A DNA stretch of 5,495 nucleotides from a virus. Lineage: Duplodnaviria; Heunggongvirae; Uroviricota; Caudoviricetes. Shown piece after piece: positions 5,246 to 5,495 of the stretch; position 1 is the stretch's first letter, and each line of letters opens with the position of its first letter. The stretch lies in IMG/VR virus record IMGVR_UViG_2713896775_000009; one strand, 5' to 3'. The notes under the pieces are model-generated. The model was not told where the DNA came from. It worked only from the letters and a program-made list of their open reading frames with translations, and searched no databases. The position numbers and the translations under genes are program-made.

Positions 5246-5437
5246 TCATACCTGGTCTCTCTCATCTGCTTCTGCTTTCGCCACCATCATTTCCAGCTTT
5301 TGTGAAAGGGATGCGGCTAACGTATGAAATTCTTCGTCTGTTTCTACTGGTATTGGCACAAACCTGACTCCAATTTGAGCGAGGCTATGTGCCATCTCGA
5401 TACACGTTCTTAACTCAACAGGAGATGCTTTGTGCAT
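5246..5437 (-). CDS. orf63: Lambda Orf63-like protein, 63 aa
   Basis: Translation MHKASPVELRTCIEMAHSLAQIGVRFVPIPVETDEEFHTLAASLSQKLEMMVAKAEADERDQV; ATG with a GGGGGG SD; position and length as lambda orf63. Confidence 0.9.
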   Translation of the reverse strand: MHKASPVELRTCIEMAHSLAQIGVRFVPIPVETDEEFHTLAASLSQKLEMMVAKAEADERDQV

Positions 5438-5495
5438 ACAGCCCCCCGTTTATTATTTATCTCCTCAGCCAGCCGCTGTGCTTTCAGGGGATTTC
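5410..5495 (-). CDS. 3' end of an orf60a-like ORF (partial, enters from beyond the window end)
   Basis: Minus-strand frame is open from the window edge, ...NPLKAQRLAEEINNKRGAVCTKHLLLS, to a TAA at 5410-5412. It overlaps the orf63 start by 28 nt, as recalled for the lambda orf60a/orf63 pair. Confidence 0.5.
   Translation of the reverse strand, partial: NPLKAQRLAEEINNKRGAVCTKHLLLS

Larger units (their letters stand above)
739..5495 (-). mobile_element. Lambda-type prophage, left arm (attL to orf60a region), continues beyond window end
   Basis: The P' arm, int, xis and the orf73/orf63 block match my recall of phage lambda near-identically. The flank left of the core is non-phage (Dps-like gene). 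Confidence 0.9.

Noticed and set aside
5182-5367. 61-aa plus-strand ORF
   Set aside because: Antisense to the orf61 region and orf63.
1-5495. CRISPR array or other tandem repeats
   Set aside because: No regularly spaced direct repeats were found; only short hairpins and one 12-bp palindrome.

Overview
This window is the left (attL/int-proximal) end of an integrated lambda-type prophage abutting a host Dps-family gene. All calls are by eye and from recall of phage lambda; no searches or alignments were run. Lambda backbone, all on the minus strand: attL with an intact P' arm (~739-830), int (827-1897), xis (1875-2093), a 55-aa ORF, then ea22 N-terminus, TraR-like orf73, an orf61-region ORF, orf63 and the tail of orf60a (4386-5495). 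Between ~2340 and ~4340 the lambda ea8.5 / ea22-3' segment is replaced by ~2 kb of unrecognised, apparently AT-richer cargo. It carries three minus-strand genes: a 204-aa signal-peptide protein with six Cys in the mature part (3473-4087), and a tightly coupled pair encoding a 112-aa Cys-cluster protein (2841-3179) and a 142-aa protein (2384-2812). This cargo is the best candidate for an undescribed accessory module (defence, anti-defence or exclusion), but its function cannot be assigned from sequence alone. Other points: the ea22 homologue is chimeric and interrupted by an in-frame TGA, the orf61 region differs in frame from lambda, and the attachment site is not the canonical lambda attB. 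No rRNA, tRNA or CRISPR was seen.
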